Below are positions 36,079 through 49,365 of a stretch of DNA of 64,000 nt, piece after piece. Source of the stretch: Callorhinchus milii. Its lineage: Eukaryota. The notes under the pieces were generated by a model, which did not search any database, was not told the DNA's origin, and worked only from the letters and a program-made list of their open reading frames with translations. The stretch covers positions 77,750,001-77,814,000 of the forward strand of contig NW_024704742.1 of the NCBI RefSeq assembly GCF_018977255.1, written 5' to 3'. Positions within the stretch are counted from its first letter, which is position 1; each line of letters begins with the position of its first letter. The position numbers and the translations under genes are program-made.

Positions 36079-36205
36079 GATGTACAGGAAAACTCAGCGG
36101 GTGAATGCAGTGTATCCTCACTGGAAGAGAGTGTTGAGAAGCAGATGTCCCCTACTAGCACATTTGAAAAAACTATCACTATTGCAAAAGGGAATGCTAG
36201 CCTTG
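36079..36205 (+). CDS. MPDZ: MPDZ exon, PDZ6 start: DVQENSAGECSVSSLEESVEKQMSPTSTFEKTITIAKGNASL
   Basis: ctaag| acceptor, G|gtaagt donor; 127 nt, phase 0-1; resembles FERTINIAKGNSSL. Confidence 0.92.
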
Positions 36206-36317
36206 GTAAGTTTATAAGGATATATATTTATTAAACTTCTAAGAGTTTTTTTTTCTGGTGGATCTGATTTGAAGATGTTATTTTACATGTTTTGCTGATA
36301 TATCTATCTATATATGT

Positions 36318-36948
36318 CTAAGCTGACACTCCCAACTGAGATCTGCGGATTGCTGCTTTGTTGGAGGTTACGTCCTTCGGATGAGCTGTTAATCGAGGAC
36401 CCATCTGCTTGTTGACATAAATTATCCCATGGCACTATTTGAAAAGAGAAGAGAGTTTCCCCTGGTGTTCTAGCCAAGAGTCCCCCAGATAAAATTGGTC
36501 ATTCACCTCGTGGCTGTTTGTGGGACATTACTGGGCATAAATTGGCTGCCATATTTATCTGTAAAATACACAGTATACTTTAGAGTAAAGACATCCTCCC
36601 AAAGTGAAGGAGACTATTGCAAATACAAATGCAAGGATAATTATGTTTTTTTTAAAAGTCCTTTTGGAAAAAAAATTTGTTACATTTTTGAAGGCATAAG
36701 AATTTTCAATTTACTTACAGTAAATGGTTAACAGGTTATAATGGGGATAGAGGTTTCTGCCAACAAGTTTAAAGAATGAAATCAGCAGTTACCTGCCAAC
36801 CATTGAGGAATAGAATTGCTGTTGGAGCATTTAGATAATAATAATAATCCTTGCATTTGATATAGCGCCTTATCACATCTTCGAGGCATCTCAAAGTGCT
36901 TCACAGAATATACTGTAAAGTGAATTGACTGTATATTTTGTTGGCGAA
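36318..36948. mobile_element. Deu-type SINE part (+, 36318-36642) and SINE tail (-, 36835-36948)
   Basis: cttcggatgag..atcccatggcactatttgaa; (taa)n-tccttgcatttgatatagcg. Confidence 0.8.
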
Positions 36949-37430
36949 AAGTTCAAATGGTTGAATATGTGACTCAGTGGGCCATCTGGGCCAGATTTAA
37001 ATAAGAAGGATCTGACAGAGAGAAGCCTAGGCCTTCTGTTCCTACTATCAAGTTAGATTGAATCTGAAGCCTCAGTCTTTCTCACAGCCTTCTGTTGGTA
37101 ATATTTGCCAGCTGCTGGGTTTGTCCTTATTAGATGGTTACTGCATGGTTACTTGTCATTGACCTTCTGCTGCCAGTTTCACCATCCAGTTCACATGATT
37201 CAGAAATAAAGGCACTGAGGAGATACCTTTTTCTTTCTTGGCATTCTTATTTAAAACCATCTTCATAATTTCCTGTGTGATGTAGAAAAGGAATATCCTT
37301 GCTTAAAATCTGCATACACTGACCGCGTGCAGAACCACTAATGTCTGCACCGTATGCTGCAGGAGCACAACAGCATTTTAATTTATCTGAGCTGTGTTCC
37401 AAAATGAAATTGACTTAATAACCAGTGTTT

Positions 37431-37446
37431 TGCTGCCATCTGCTGC
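37431..37446 (-). promoter_or_regulatory. CTCF-like motif
   Basis: Minus strand GCAGCAGATGGCAGCA resembles the CTCF core; motif match only. Confidence 0.25.
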
Positions 37447-38494
37447 TTGTATATAATATAACGCAATCCAAAGCTTTATTGCTTCATTGATTTGTTAAAG
37501 GGATTTGTCCAAGTAACACAACTGTTTGTAGGACAGAGGGATCACTACAGTTAAATATAAAGCATTCAAATTTTTAATGTGAATCTTTCATTTTTTTAAT
37601 GCTCACACACAGCTAGAAATAATTTGAAATAAAAGTAAAACAATACTGTTCCAATCAAATTATTCCTGCAATTACAAGCAAATGGGGTTTCTAAGCTTTT
37701 CCTTCACTCCTGAATAACAGTAACTTACAACATGTTGTGCCTTTCAGTCCTGGATATGTTGACTGCCTAGTCAGTTATTTACAAGGGACAGGATTGTACA
37801 CAAGAATGATAATTGCAAAAAAAAGCTGATGAGGTGGGGACCAGTCAGGGAATAAAAGCGACTCAAAATGCCCTCTTAGATTATTCATATTTTGCTTTTC
37901 TAAAGAAATGTTCAGGGTGAATTAGTTGATTGGCTGTCATGTCAGAGTCACAGCTATGTAATAACTTAGACCAGAGGGATGGGAAAATTGTGAAGAAAAC
38001 AGCATTGGGGAAGGATGTGCAATAATGATGAGAAAATGGCTACAAATCAGTTCATGTTCAGTACATGAAACCAAAATGGAAGGCTTGAAACTGAATTCAG
38101 CAACAAATATTTCACTTTCATCAGATTTTATTTGATTATTTTTGCTTTAATAAGAAGAAAAAATGATAATATTTGCATTTAATACCTTAGCGATTAAAGG
38201 TAGCCATTGCAACATGAAGTTAAAGCCTTAAATTTACTAAATAATTATTTGCTATGGGAGAGAGAACCAAGATATATTTAGTAAACAGTAATGGATTATT
38301 TCTTCTGCTCGATGAGTCATTGGCAAGAGAGAAAATGGCAACAGATTTAAGATAATAGCAAAAAGAATTAACGAGCATGTAACTTTTGCAGGCTGCTCCA
38401 TTTGGTTGTTTTATTAGATCTTTTGCATTGAAAAATTGTGTCCAATTATTCTAATTTCTGATCACTGGGAAATGCCTCTGCATTAAGTCAGGTC

Positions 38495-40046
38495 AAGTGG
38501 AGAGGAGAGAGCGAAGCTAGGACTGCAGGATGGAGTTCCAGAGGGTGGGGGCAGAGTGGCTGTAGGCCCATCCGTGGTAAGGAGTTAGGAGGTCACATAG
38601 GAGGTCACTTGGAGGGCTTTGAAAGTGAGAATCAGGGTCTTTAAATGTATCCTCTGTGTGATGGGATGCCAGTGGAATCGGGCAAGGGTGGGGTTGATAG
38701 GGTCGCGGAGCCTCGTGCGGGTGAAGACACGAGTTGCAGAGTTCTAGATGATCTGCAACCTATCGAGGGAGGAGTTGGGGAGGCTGACAAGCAGGAAGTT
38801 TGCGTAGTCGAGCCTGGATGTTATGAATGCGTGTATGAGGGTCTCGGAGGTCTTCGGTGTGACAGTGGCGGAGCCAAGCAATGTTGCAGAGATGGGGAAA
38901 GGCGGAGCTGGTCATGGTACCGATGTGGGGTATCAAGGCCAGTTGAGTGTCGAACAGGATGCCGAGGTTCTGTATTGGCTCCATGAGATGTAAGTGCATC
39001 CATGGAGGGAGATGTTGTCAGTGCCCAAGGTGTGGAGGCGCTGACGGGAGTCAAGTAGGAGGGCCTTGGTCTTATTGACATTCAACTGCACGCACTGGTC
39101 CTGGAATCGAGGGTGGAGGTAGAGAGGTTGAGTTGGGTGTCATCCGCATACATGTGGAAGTTGACCCCATGTCTGCGTATGATGTCACCAAGAGGGAGCA
39201 TATAGATATTGAAAAGGAGAGGGCCAAGGACAGAGCTCTGAGGGATGCCACACGTGACGGTGCGGAGGCTGGAAGAGAAATCGTTGACAAAGTGGAGATG
39301 GTGGGCGAGTTAGGATTCAAACCAGGCAAGGGCAGGGCCACGAAGATTGAGCTGAGAGGAGAGGCGGTGTAGGAGGATAGAATGGTCGACAGTGTTGAAG
39401 GAAGCAGAGAGGTCGGGGAGGACAAGGAGGCAGAGAGATCCCTGGTCGCAGATGTTCAGCATGTCGTTGTTGACTTTGACCATGCCGTTTCCGTGCTGTA
39501 GGCAGCACAATACCCCGAATGGAGGGGTTCAGAGAGGGAATGGCAGGAGAGGAGAGCGCGAAGCTAGGATGCAACGACTTGTTCTAGGGCCTTGGAGAAG
39601 AATGGGAAGTTGGAGATAAGGAGATAACTGGAAAGTAGGGATGGGTCCAGGGAAGATATTTTGAGGATGGGGGTAATTTTACAGGGGTGGGAACAGTGCC
39701 AGTGGATAAGGAGAGGTTGATGATGTTGGTTAAGAGAGGTGGAGGTGAGAGGGGTGGAGATGGGGTCGAGGAAGCAGGTGGTCGGCTTCATTATTGAGAT
39801 GATGAAGGTGAGGGAAGGGGGGGAGACAAGATCAAAGATGTATACGGAGGGATGGATGGGTGCTGTGGCGTGAGGGGAAGGTGGCGAAGGGGTAGCAGTG
39901 GACCGGGCAGAGGTAGTCGAATGAATCCCCTCGATTTTGGATTTGAGGAAATCCAACATCTCCTCGCAATTGGAATTAGAGGAGAGGATGGGCGAGACGC
40001 GGAGTAGGTGGTTAGTGGTGGAGAAGAGGAGCTTGGGATTCTCCTC
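38495..40046 (-). mobile_element. Decayed L2 LINE fragment
   Basis: Minus-strand ISNFPFFSKALE, VKVNNDML, DLSASFNTVDH, YADDTQL motifs. Confidence 0.93.
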
Positions 40047-40454
40047 TTAAACAAGGCCAAAAAATAATACAATATTAAACAAGGCCAAAAAATAACTGAT
40101 GAACAGGTGCACTGCTGTTCCATGGCTGTCAATTTCTACATTCCAGGTGTAAAATGATTGTAATCCTTTTATTTAGGGAATTATCAAAATATACTAAGTT
40201 AATTGTTCCTGAACATCTGTACAAATTAAACAGCTGTTGGGGCCTTTACCCACAATCACCTGACATCTTCATGATGCTGCTTTCTGCAATACAAAACCCA
40301 GTAGCACAACTCACACCAAGGCAATTATTTGCTAGTCCTTCCTGTCAATGTATTTTAAGTTCTACTCATTTATTTGTAACCCATTTAAAAATTTGCTTTT
40401 CCCAAGCCCAGTTTCAATACAGGTTTAATTTTTGGTGGATGAAGGATCTGTAAA

Positions 40455-40615
40455 TGATAATCATTCTTACATTTGGTATAGCACCTTTCACATCGGTAGA
40501 ACGTCTCAAAGCGCTTTGTAAGATTAACTGTGAAGTGGAATAACTGTGTAGTGACAGCGATGAAACACGTGACAATTTTATTTGGGAGATTGTTGGCCAG
40601 GATATCGGGAGAAAT
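40455..40615 (-). mobile_element. SINE fragment
   Basis: catttggtatagcacctttcac..ctcaaagcgcttt..ttggccaggat. Confidence 0.75.
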
Positions 40616-40974
40616 TTGTAAGGGTTTCAAAAAGAAAACCAGTCCAACTCTTGGGAACTAAAATGATTTGATGTTGATATAAATGTAGCAAATTAATCCT
40701 GTGAGAAGTTTCATGGATAGACCATAGTGACCAAAGGTTGATTCCTGCTGAGACTTCTTTATGTTTAAATAAAAAATGTTTTTGTGTCATATAAAGGGTT
40801 ATAACGTTGATGCATTTAGCTATTAAACCTTTTCTACCAGTTGATCAAAATTTAGCAAATTAGATCTTTTAATCCTAATGCCCCACCATTCCACCATACC
40901 TTTTAACACCTCTACAAACCAAATATAATATTACAAACCAAATATCTGCATATTAAACACCGTATTGATTCCTT

Positions 40975-41150
40975 ACTGCTTTTTGGGCCAAAACATTCCA
41001 CATTTTCATAACCTGTGTGAAGAAATGTTTCCTGACCTCAGTTCTAACTTTTGGCTCTGATTTTAAGGCTATGTCCTCTTGTAATGAGTTCCTCTACCAA
41101 AGTGTTGTACGCTATTTAACCTGTCAATTCCTTTCATTATTTTAAATACA
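40975..41150 (-). mobile_element. Old CR1 3' fragment
   Basis: cattccaca..gtgtgaagaaatgtttcctgacctcagttct; similar to 54370-54480. Confidence 0.6.
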
Positions 41151-41383
41151 GTGGTTTAGCATAGCTGAGGAATACAAGAAGACTGAGGCTAGATGCTTTC
41201 CTAATTTTCTTGATAATCCTGATTTCTCCCTAACATTTTGTTGGGAATTGGAAGATCCAGCTGTACATCATTTTCCTCTTCCTCATTCAATAATATCTAT
41301 GATTGCAAATGGAACGAACATATTTTATTGGTGTGAGCTTGGTGGTCCAAACTTGTTGATGCACATTTTTATGTTGTGTGTAG

Positions 41384-41582
41384 GTATGACTGTCAGTGCC
41401 AGTAAGGATGGATTAGGAATGATTGTGCGAAATATTATTCATGGTGGATCCATCAGTCGTGATGGCCGCATTGGGGTAGGTGACTGCATCTTGGCAATCA
41501 ATGGGGAGCCAACAACAGACCTCACCAATGCCCAGTCCCGTGCAATGCTGCGAAAACATTCTCTGATTGGACCAGAAATAAC
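41384..41582 (+). CDS. MPDZ: MPDZ exon, PDZ6: GMTVSASKDGLGMIVRNIIHGGSISRDGRI...HSLIGPEI
   Basis: tgtag| acceptor, AC|gtaagt donor; 199 nt, phase 1-2. Confidence 0.96.
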
Positions 41583-42699
41583 GTAAGTGGACAAATCCTA
41601 GCATTAGAAATCTATTTGGGGGATTAAAGTATGATCAACTAACCAGCTAAATTTTTAGATAATACTGCAATACTTTATATTTGTTAATAGTAATTGTTCA
41701 TACTTCAAGGGAATTATTTCAATATTTTTGAAGTTAGTGCTATTGATGGACCTGATCCAACTTTGACAAGCATTTGAAAAATAAAAGAGATGTCAACAGA
41801 TTGATGGATATTGAAATTTATTTATTCAGAAGTAGAATAAAATTTCCAAAATGTGGGTAATCTTGGCAGCTGTCAGTATGTTTCTGCATGCTCACTAGGA
41901 TAAATATTTGGCCCTGCCTTCATACTGAGATTGCAGTTTGAAATCAAGCTGGATCATAATAGATTGATGAATTTCTAATGAACAGATTGTTAATTATTAT
42001 AAATTGAGCTGCGCACAAATAGAGGATGATTTAAGTGAAAAGGGCAACTCGTGAGACTTACAATATATCTTGGAGAAGGTGGGGATCCAAAAATAATATT
42101 CTGTAGCTTAAGCAAACTTTAAACTTAGATTTTCTGTCTCGGACATGTTAGTTGAAGAGATTGCAGAGCAGCAGGACCACTAATTTCCCCTTTGTCTGGC
42201 TTGTGAAAAGTATAAGATATTGGTATTTATGCTATTGTGATGTTATGCCTTTGCTAAATGTGAATATAAAGACAGGCATTTTGAAAAATATCTTTCTCAT
42301 AACATCCTGAAATCTGTGTATAAAAGCAAAAAAAATCTAATTTGCTTAGAAAATAATTAAATGAATATTCGGAAGAAATATCTAACAGTTACATTTTCAA
42401 ATTAAACTCACAAGTTGTGTTAGCCAGTGGTAATGTTGATCATATGCAGTTACCTATGCAATACAGGTCTTTACATTCCATTTATTGTATTTTGCCTTTT
42501 TCATTTGTTAAGACTAACTGACAAGTTTGGAGTCATTTAAGTTCTCCATTTAAATATTATTTGAAGTGTATCTGATATGAATAGACTACAATATTAAGAG
42601 CCACAAATATCTTAAATATATCCCTGTTTTGATCAGGAACGTATATATCCACCATAATTCCTTGACATCAGCTTATGGTCTGAAATATTCTAATTTCCA

Positions 42700-42925
42700 A
42701 CACATAACCGAAGATATGCTGAATTTTTAGAGGTGCAGTCTTTTGTATGATATGATAAACTAAGAACAGGTCTACCTGTTCAGGTAGATGTTAAAGATCC
42801 ACCTGACACTTTCGAGAGGAGTAGGGAATTCTCTTGTTCTTGTCAACATTCCTCTCATTTAAATTCACACAAAAGATGTGCTGTGTTACTGGAGTAAATT
42901 GGCTGCCACCTTTGCCCACATAACA
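42700..42925 (+). mobile_element. Old Deu-type SINE fragment
   Basis: ctacctgttcaggtagatgttaaagatcc..aaattggctgcc. Confidence 0.65.
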
Positions 42926-45724
42926 TGAATTTGCATTGAATATAGTTGCCTTTTTTATTAATCCAACTTTCCAGTTGCATGATCTGCCTTAATATTTTGG
43001 CCCTATGCTTTAAATGTTCTCAACTTTAGAATTGAGTAGAAAACCAGAATTCTCACCTCTTTGCATTTTGAAGAACCTTTAGAATCTTTCTTAATTCAGT
43101 TTCAAAATTCATTTTCGGCTCTACAAATAGATCTAGATCTACCTTCACTCGATTGAAAATTAACTGATTCTTGCCAAGGGTTGGGAGGAAAAAGAGAAGA
43201 GAGAACAAGCATTCTCTGGTTTTGTTCATTGAAACTGTCACTGCAGTGATCTATGTATTTTTTTAAAAAATCTGAATTTCTGTGGATGAATTACATATTT
43301 GTATTGTTTGTTGAAAGTTTTATCAAAAGAATATTGCATATTATATACAAAAATGTCGTTTCATTTATTATTTCTGCGTGAAATTTCATCTCGCAGCTCA
43401 AATAATAAATTTTAGTATTAAGAGTGATTATATTTTACAATTTTCACATGGTGATGGACTCTTGAATTCAGAAGAATCTCTTGAGAACAATTAACAAATA
43501 AAACAAGAAATAAACTCTAAAGTGAAGGGCACAATTTGATTTTTTTTACATAAATGAATGACCAACCAAACCTTGTAAGTATTATTAATTTGTGTAATGT
43601 CTGTGCATCATGATGACTCTGGCATGAACACATGGTATGTGACATCAGTATAAAAGTTCCTGCGTCATATGCTTTTCACATTCTAGATCCCCTTGTGCAC
43701 CTGGTGATGACCAGTCCCATTTTTATGTGTGAGTATTAGTTTTGAGAAACTGCTGCGAGTATGGTAAATCATAGAATCCAATACAGCAGTACATCACATT
43801 TTATTAATTTAGAAGCATGCTTTAATAGTGTGTTTCACTTTTACGTTTTATCCAGATACATTATACTTTCAATCTTACAGAACTAGAGCTTAATATTCCA
43901 CATCTGACATGAGGCAATCAGCTGCAGATTTAAGTGTACAGTTGGGCCAGTTAAAAGTGTTACAATTGTAGATTGCAGATTACAGTTGTATGTCTTTTCC
44001 CAAGACTGCTGCAGTGTAAATGATTAACTAACCATAAAAGCAGTAAACATTTTGAAAAATGTCTGTTCCTTTCAACACTGTAAAGTTACATTTACATTTA
44101 CATTCAAAAAATTCTCATTTTGAAATGGGAAATTTTTTTGTACCAATTTGTTAACGGTAAAGGAAGGCGGCATAATAGTTGAATATGTCTTGACAGGCAA
44201 GTTGACTTCCAATGTTTGTGCTCTTGAGTTCCATTTACCTTTCATAATAGGCTAGCAAGGATCCCACAAACCACATCCTTATTCACTGCAACGTTACTAT
44301 CTGTGTTTCTGCTCATCAGTGCCTGCTTTGCTGCATTTAAGAGATTAAGAATTAACCCAAACCATTTATTTTGTGTACTGCATTTATTGTGGTCTTGTGG
44401 CATTTTCAAATTCTCTCCAAATAGCAGTTAGTATGACAGACAACAGGAAATTACAGACTTAAGAAAAATACTGACTTTATTTAAATCAAAATATAAAAAT
44501 CAAAATAATATCACCAAGGCACTATATTACTTAGTAGCGAAGCTGAGTTTCACTATCAGATGTCTAGTCAGATGTTTAGTATGACTCCCCTTTCAGAATT
44601 AAAAAGTCATGTTCTTTTTCAAACACTGACAATTAATGCAATTATTCAATTATTTCTACATATTTGAAGATGAACTGTCAAAAAAATTCAAATGTTGTAA
44701 AGATTGAAAGGTATCTGGATAAATTTCAAGATTTATTTGCATTCTTAAAACTAACAGCAATCTCATCATCGCTAATTAACAAGACTATATGATTGAGTTT
44801 TATGTTACTGTTATGTGTCTACGACGGTAAATGGAAATGTATCTTGAAAATTTGTAATCATTTGTCACAGCTAATTAATTTCAGTGATATGGATTGATTC
44901 AAGGTGAGTTTATCAGTAATGGGTAAGAGATTAGGCATGTAAATTATCCCACATATTAGTTTGGAAAAAATTAATTATTCTTAGATTAAATAATTTTGCA
45001 TGACAAATAATTATTTCGTCTGCTGTATCTATGGCAAATTGAGTTTAGGTTAAGTGTATATTCTTTTGCATGCACTGTCATTTAGGAGATGTCATGGTCA
45101 CTTAATCTTAAATAAATATCCCATTGAATATATTGGAGTTTATTGAAGATTTGAATTTTAGTGTAGGTCACCAAATTTTATGACTTGAAATACATGTGCT
45201 TTGGCCATTGCCTAACTTTATTAAAATGTTGCTTATAAATTGGCAGGATTTTAAAATAAGGTTTTCTTGGGTACAAACATACTAAACATTACAGATTAGA
45301 AACTCTTAACCCTTTTATTTCATTTTAATCCTAAAATGATCTGTACAACTTACTTGTCAGATTTTTGTTTTAACCTCTGTCAATAATATAACACAAATGT
45401 TACAGATGTGAAAACCACAGTACACATTGTTACAGTAGCTTAAAAGTTTTGTATTTGGTTACAAATCTGATCAACATAATTTACATTTTTCTAAAATTCA
45501 TTAAAGAGGTCACGTTACTTAGTATCAATATGCCATAGTTGATTGATTATCAAATCACTTCTTTCATACTAAAATATGTATTACAGTTGACCTGGTATCA
45601 TTGTAGGCCATGACAGTCCTATTGGCTTATACATCCATGAAAACAGGCTGATAAAGCATGTAATCCTGTCAATGAATGAGGGCTATGATTTTGTTTAAAA
45701 TTATTTCCTTATATTTTGTTGTAG

Positions 45725-45829
45725 TGTTACATATGTGCCTGCAGAAAACCTGGCGAAGTATAGAACCAGCATGGGTCAGCAACTTGAGGGAATCGCCACA
45801 GCTAATGCCTCATCATTGCCAGCTGCCAG
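45725..45829 (+). CDS. MPDZ: MPDZ exon, PDZ6 end: TVTYVPAENLAKYRTSMGQQLEGIATANASSLPAA
   Basis: ttgtag| acceptor, AG|gtaata donor; 105 nt, phase 2-2. Confidence 0.94.
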
Positions 45830-45844
45830 GTAATACCATTTCCT

Positions 45845-45968
45845 CGTATTTTCTTCACCTAATGGCAGTTGTTGAGACATCTGAAAGAGCTTCACAGAAT
45901 ACATTTTAAAGTGAATTGACTGTGTATTGGGTGAGCGAAACACAGCAGCCAATTGTGTCCCACAAACA
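45845..45968 (-). mobile_element. SINE 3' fragment just downstream of an exon donor
   Basis: gcttcacagaatac..aagtgaattgactgt..gcagccaattgtgtcccacaaac. Confidence 0.75.
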
Positions 45969-46661
45969 CTGGGGAACAGAATATTTTGCTTTTGAGATAT
46001 GTTGTCCATATTAAAGACTCAGATGCATAAGCAGCTGGATCAGATGTACAGTTAGGCTTTCTTGAATGCTTCAATAGTAGTTCCCTAATCTCAGAAGAGA
46101 ACCTTCTGATCCACCAGAATACTAATTTGCTCTCTTCTCCTTCTCCTTTCATCTACCTCTATAGACAAAACCTATGAGGTCATCGGTTTTCCTCTACATG
46201 AAGGCTGTTGCTGATTTAGCTGATTTCTATCTACAGTTCTCTCGTACAATAAAATAGCACCTTCTTGCAATGTTACTTTCAGGACCGATGACTCTTGGTT
46301 TTCTAAACCAGCTATCATGATTTTATTGAGTGAGATTGTCAGTTTGTTTTGAATTAGTTATGGACGTTTTACTGATGTGGGCCCACACCTACTAGGATGG
46401 GCTTAATAAAATAAGGGCCAAAAATCAAATGGACTGTCTGACCCATTGCGGTAGTCTCTAACCCCTTTGTGATTCAAATGTAATACATTTATTGGCATTT
46501 TAATCTGAATGAAAACTATTGCTATTATGTCAGAGAAATGTAGATGTTAAAGGATAATAACCAATGTATTTTATCTACAGTTTTTTAATTGCAAGTGATT
46601 TGGACACCCAATATTATTCCTGAAAGTAAAATCTATTAAAAAACACTTGGCTCTGTTTCAG

Positions 46662-46748
46662 CACTGAGCTCCCAGAGAGGGAAGAGGGAGAAGGAGAAGA
46701 GAGTGAACTACAGAGTTCATCTTATAACAACTGGAAACAAGCTCGGCG
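46662..46748 (+). CDS. MPDZ: MPDZ exon: STELPEREEGEGEESELQSSSYNNWKQAR
   Basis: tttcag| acceptor, CG|gtaggt donor; 87 nt, phase 2-2; ELPEREEGEGEE is an MPDZ/PATJ hallmark. Confidence 0.95.
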
Positions 46749-47409
46749 GTAGGTGATATTGTTGAGTATCTGAGTCTTATCGGGAAACTTGAGAATTTAA
46801 CATGAGAAAGAGAAAAATAATTTAGCTTCTACTGAAAACTCCTCCACCAGTCAGGAAAGTTCAATGACACTTTTAACACCTTTGGGCGGCCCAGAATCGG
46901 AATATATCCATTGTGGATAGCACTACTGATAGTGCTCAGGCTCTCACAAACAATTCCCACTGAGAGTCTCTTGTGTTTTTTCCCTGTTTCCTCGGGTCCA
47001 CTGTCAAGTGATCTTGTAGTTAGCACAAGAATAGATGAGACCTTTACAAGAAGCCTGCTGCTGAATTAGCATTGATCAGCTGGTCAAATAGCACCTTAAT
47101 GCATTTCCTTTCAATGGATACTCCCAACAGTTGAATCCCTAGAGTAGGTGCACCTTCCTGCAACATTCTATTCAAATCTAAATCTTCAAACCCAAGGAAG
47201 ACTGATCAATATCTTCTTGAGGACATAGGACATTTTTGAATGTGATGCAATTATTTTGGTTCCTTTAATTGGTTGCAGATTAAATATCTATCTCTGGTGT
47301 TTCACAGCCAAACATTTATGGAATTATACCAAATTTTCAATGCATGTTCAAGAAGGAAATGTAATATTTCCCCAGTGTTACCGTTTCATTCATTTCATTT
47401 TTATTTCAG

Positions 47410-47587
47410 TGTTGAGCTATGGCGTGAGCCTGGAAAGTCCTTAGGAATTAGCATTGTTGGTGGTCGAGGAATGGGAAGTCGACTGAGCAATGGTGAAGTC
47501 ATGAGGGGAATTTTCATCAAACACATTCTGGAGGACAGTCCAGCTGGAAGAAATGGAACATTAAAAACAGGAGACAGAATTGTAGAG
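47410..47587 (+). CDS. MPDZ: MPDZ exon, PDZ7: [39 protein letters not shown]...GDRIVE
   Basis: tttcag| acceptor, GAG|gtatct donor; 178 nt, phase 2-0; [16 protein letters not shown] points to MPDZ rather than PATJ. Confidence 0.97.
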
Positions 47588-47601
47588 GTATCTGTACAAT
47601 A

Positions 47602-47768
47602 CAATAATAACAACAACAAGAAGATTACATTTGTATAGCGCCTTTCACGTCGGGAGGACGTCCCATTTATGTAGTGCCCTTCATGTGGTTAGCATCTCGG
47701 AGCGCTTGGACGTCCCAAAACGTTTGACAGTACTGGCCAGACACTCGAGCTGGGGGTGGGAGCCAAGC
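47602..47768 (-). mobile_element. Interleaved L2 3' tails about 15 nt from an exon donor
   Basis: (aac)n..acatttgtatagcgcctttcacgtcgggaggacgtccc. Confidence 0.8.
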
Positions 47769-47977
47769 ATTGCATTTTACGATGATCTGAATTAATTGAG
47801 GAAGATTCATTAGTAAAGACATGGAGCCGTTATAGTTTTGATTCTTAGAAAATCTAAACTTGATTAGTATATAAAAGGAGTTATATGCGCAGTTTCATAT
47901 TTTATAGGCTGATCTGTTATTCTGTGTCTTACAAACTAGAAATATGAGGAATTGCTTAACCAAGCCTTGTTTTGTAG

Positions 47978-48088
47978 GTGGATGGAGTTGACTTGCGAGA
48001 TGCCAGCCATGAGCAGGCAGTTGAAGCAATTAGAAAAGCAGGCAGCCCAGTGGTATTTTTAGTCCAGAGTTTAATAACCAGGCCTCAG
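47978..48088 (+). CDS. MPDZ: MPDZ exon, PDZ7 end: [37 protein letters not shown]
   Basis: ttgtag| acceptor, CAG|gtacgt donor; 111 nt, phase 0-0. Confidence 0.96.
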
Positions 48089-49365
48089 GTACGTATGCTA
48101 TGAAAAGCATAAAAAATGGCAAAGTATACTGTCAAAGCTGCCTCCTGAACTGGATTAAACCTTTAATTTGTGTAGTATACACTTACACAAAGATCATTCT
48201 ACTTTTTGTTTCAACATTTTATGTCTTTGACTCAATGACCTGCAGTATACAGTACTATGGTAAAAACATATGTGGCTGAAGGTCCAGTTTTCAACATATG
48301 CAAACTTCTAAGGATAAAGAAATTGTAAACGGTGTTGAAAATGAGTGGCTATGCTAATAATATAATTTGTGGTATGCGATCCCATAGGTATTCACGATTT
48401 CTGATCAGTTGCACATTTGGGTAAAGTAAAAAGTTCCCAATGTGTCCATTCTCTATTAGAAAATATTGGAAGGAAGATAGATGCATCGGATCAACAGTTT
48501 GTTTAGATATTAGTTATTGAAGAATCCTAAGCTTTAGTGGAACTCATTTTTTATCTTAAATAAATTATGTAATTTTTTCAAGGGCAACTATTTAGAGCTA
48601 TTTATAAATTAACAATTTATTTAATTTACCTCTACAATTTAACAGTGTCATTTGCTTAAATGTTAGTCTGTTAGCCCAAACGTTCAGAACAAATGGATAA
48701 TGTCCAGTAGGTTTTAAAATATAACAAACTGGCCATACCTTCATATAATGCATCTTCCACAGAAAAAGGCATACATAATAGAACCATATTGTTACTGTAA
48801 CATACTTTACAGAATCTGCCTAGCAAAAAAAACACTGATTTTTGCGTTTTTCATATTTTCCAGTTTTCATCCACTACTGAAAATTAGTCAACCTATTCTA
48901 TCTTCTTCATTAAGTTTTTTTTTTGACATGATGTTGCTATGTGTAGCTTTATCACTGGTGCAACCTTAACCAATTTTCAGTCACTGAGATGTCAAGATGC
49001 CCCAGAATCATGTCAGTCAAATTTTATGCTCTGATATTAAATTTATTTTTTATTTATCTATAGTGCCAAAAGTAGCAATCACATTAATTAAGTGCTAGTT
49101 TACTGTATAATAATACGTTTCGCCTTTCTTTTCAAAAGAGATTTGTTCACCAGATGTGTGCAGCAAACCCAGTATAAAAAAGCATATTTTGTGATTACTT
49201 CTTGTACTTCTTTATGATTCAGCTGTATGGATAGTTCTGCACAGATGTTCCTAAATCAGGTGTACTAATGTAGTTGACCCCTATAGTGCTAATTTTTAGA
49301 GCATATTTCATCTTTTACTATTTTCATTCAAATTTTCCCTCCATTTCATGCCTTTGTGTTCCCAG

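Noticed and set aside
40047..40095. 21-bp direct repeat ttaaacaaggccaaaaaataa at an L2 junction
   Set aside because: Only two copies; looks like local duplication or slippage, and is not a CRISPR array or a flanking TSD.
48864..48887. Strong acceptor followed by FSSTTEN*
   Set aside because: No donor and no other support for a terminal exon; likely chance.
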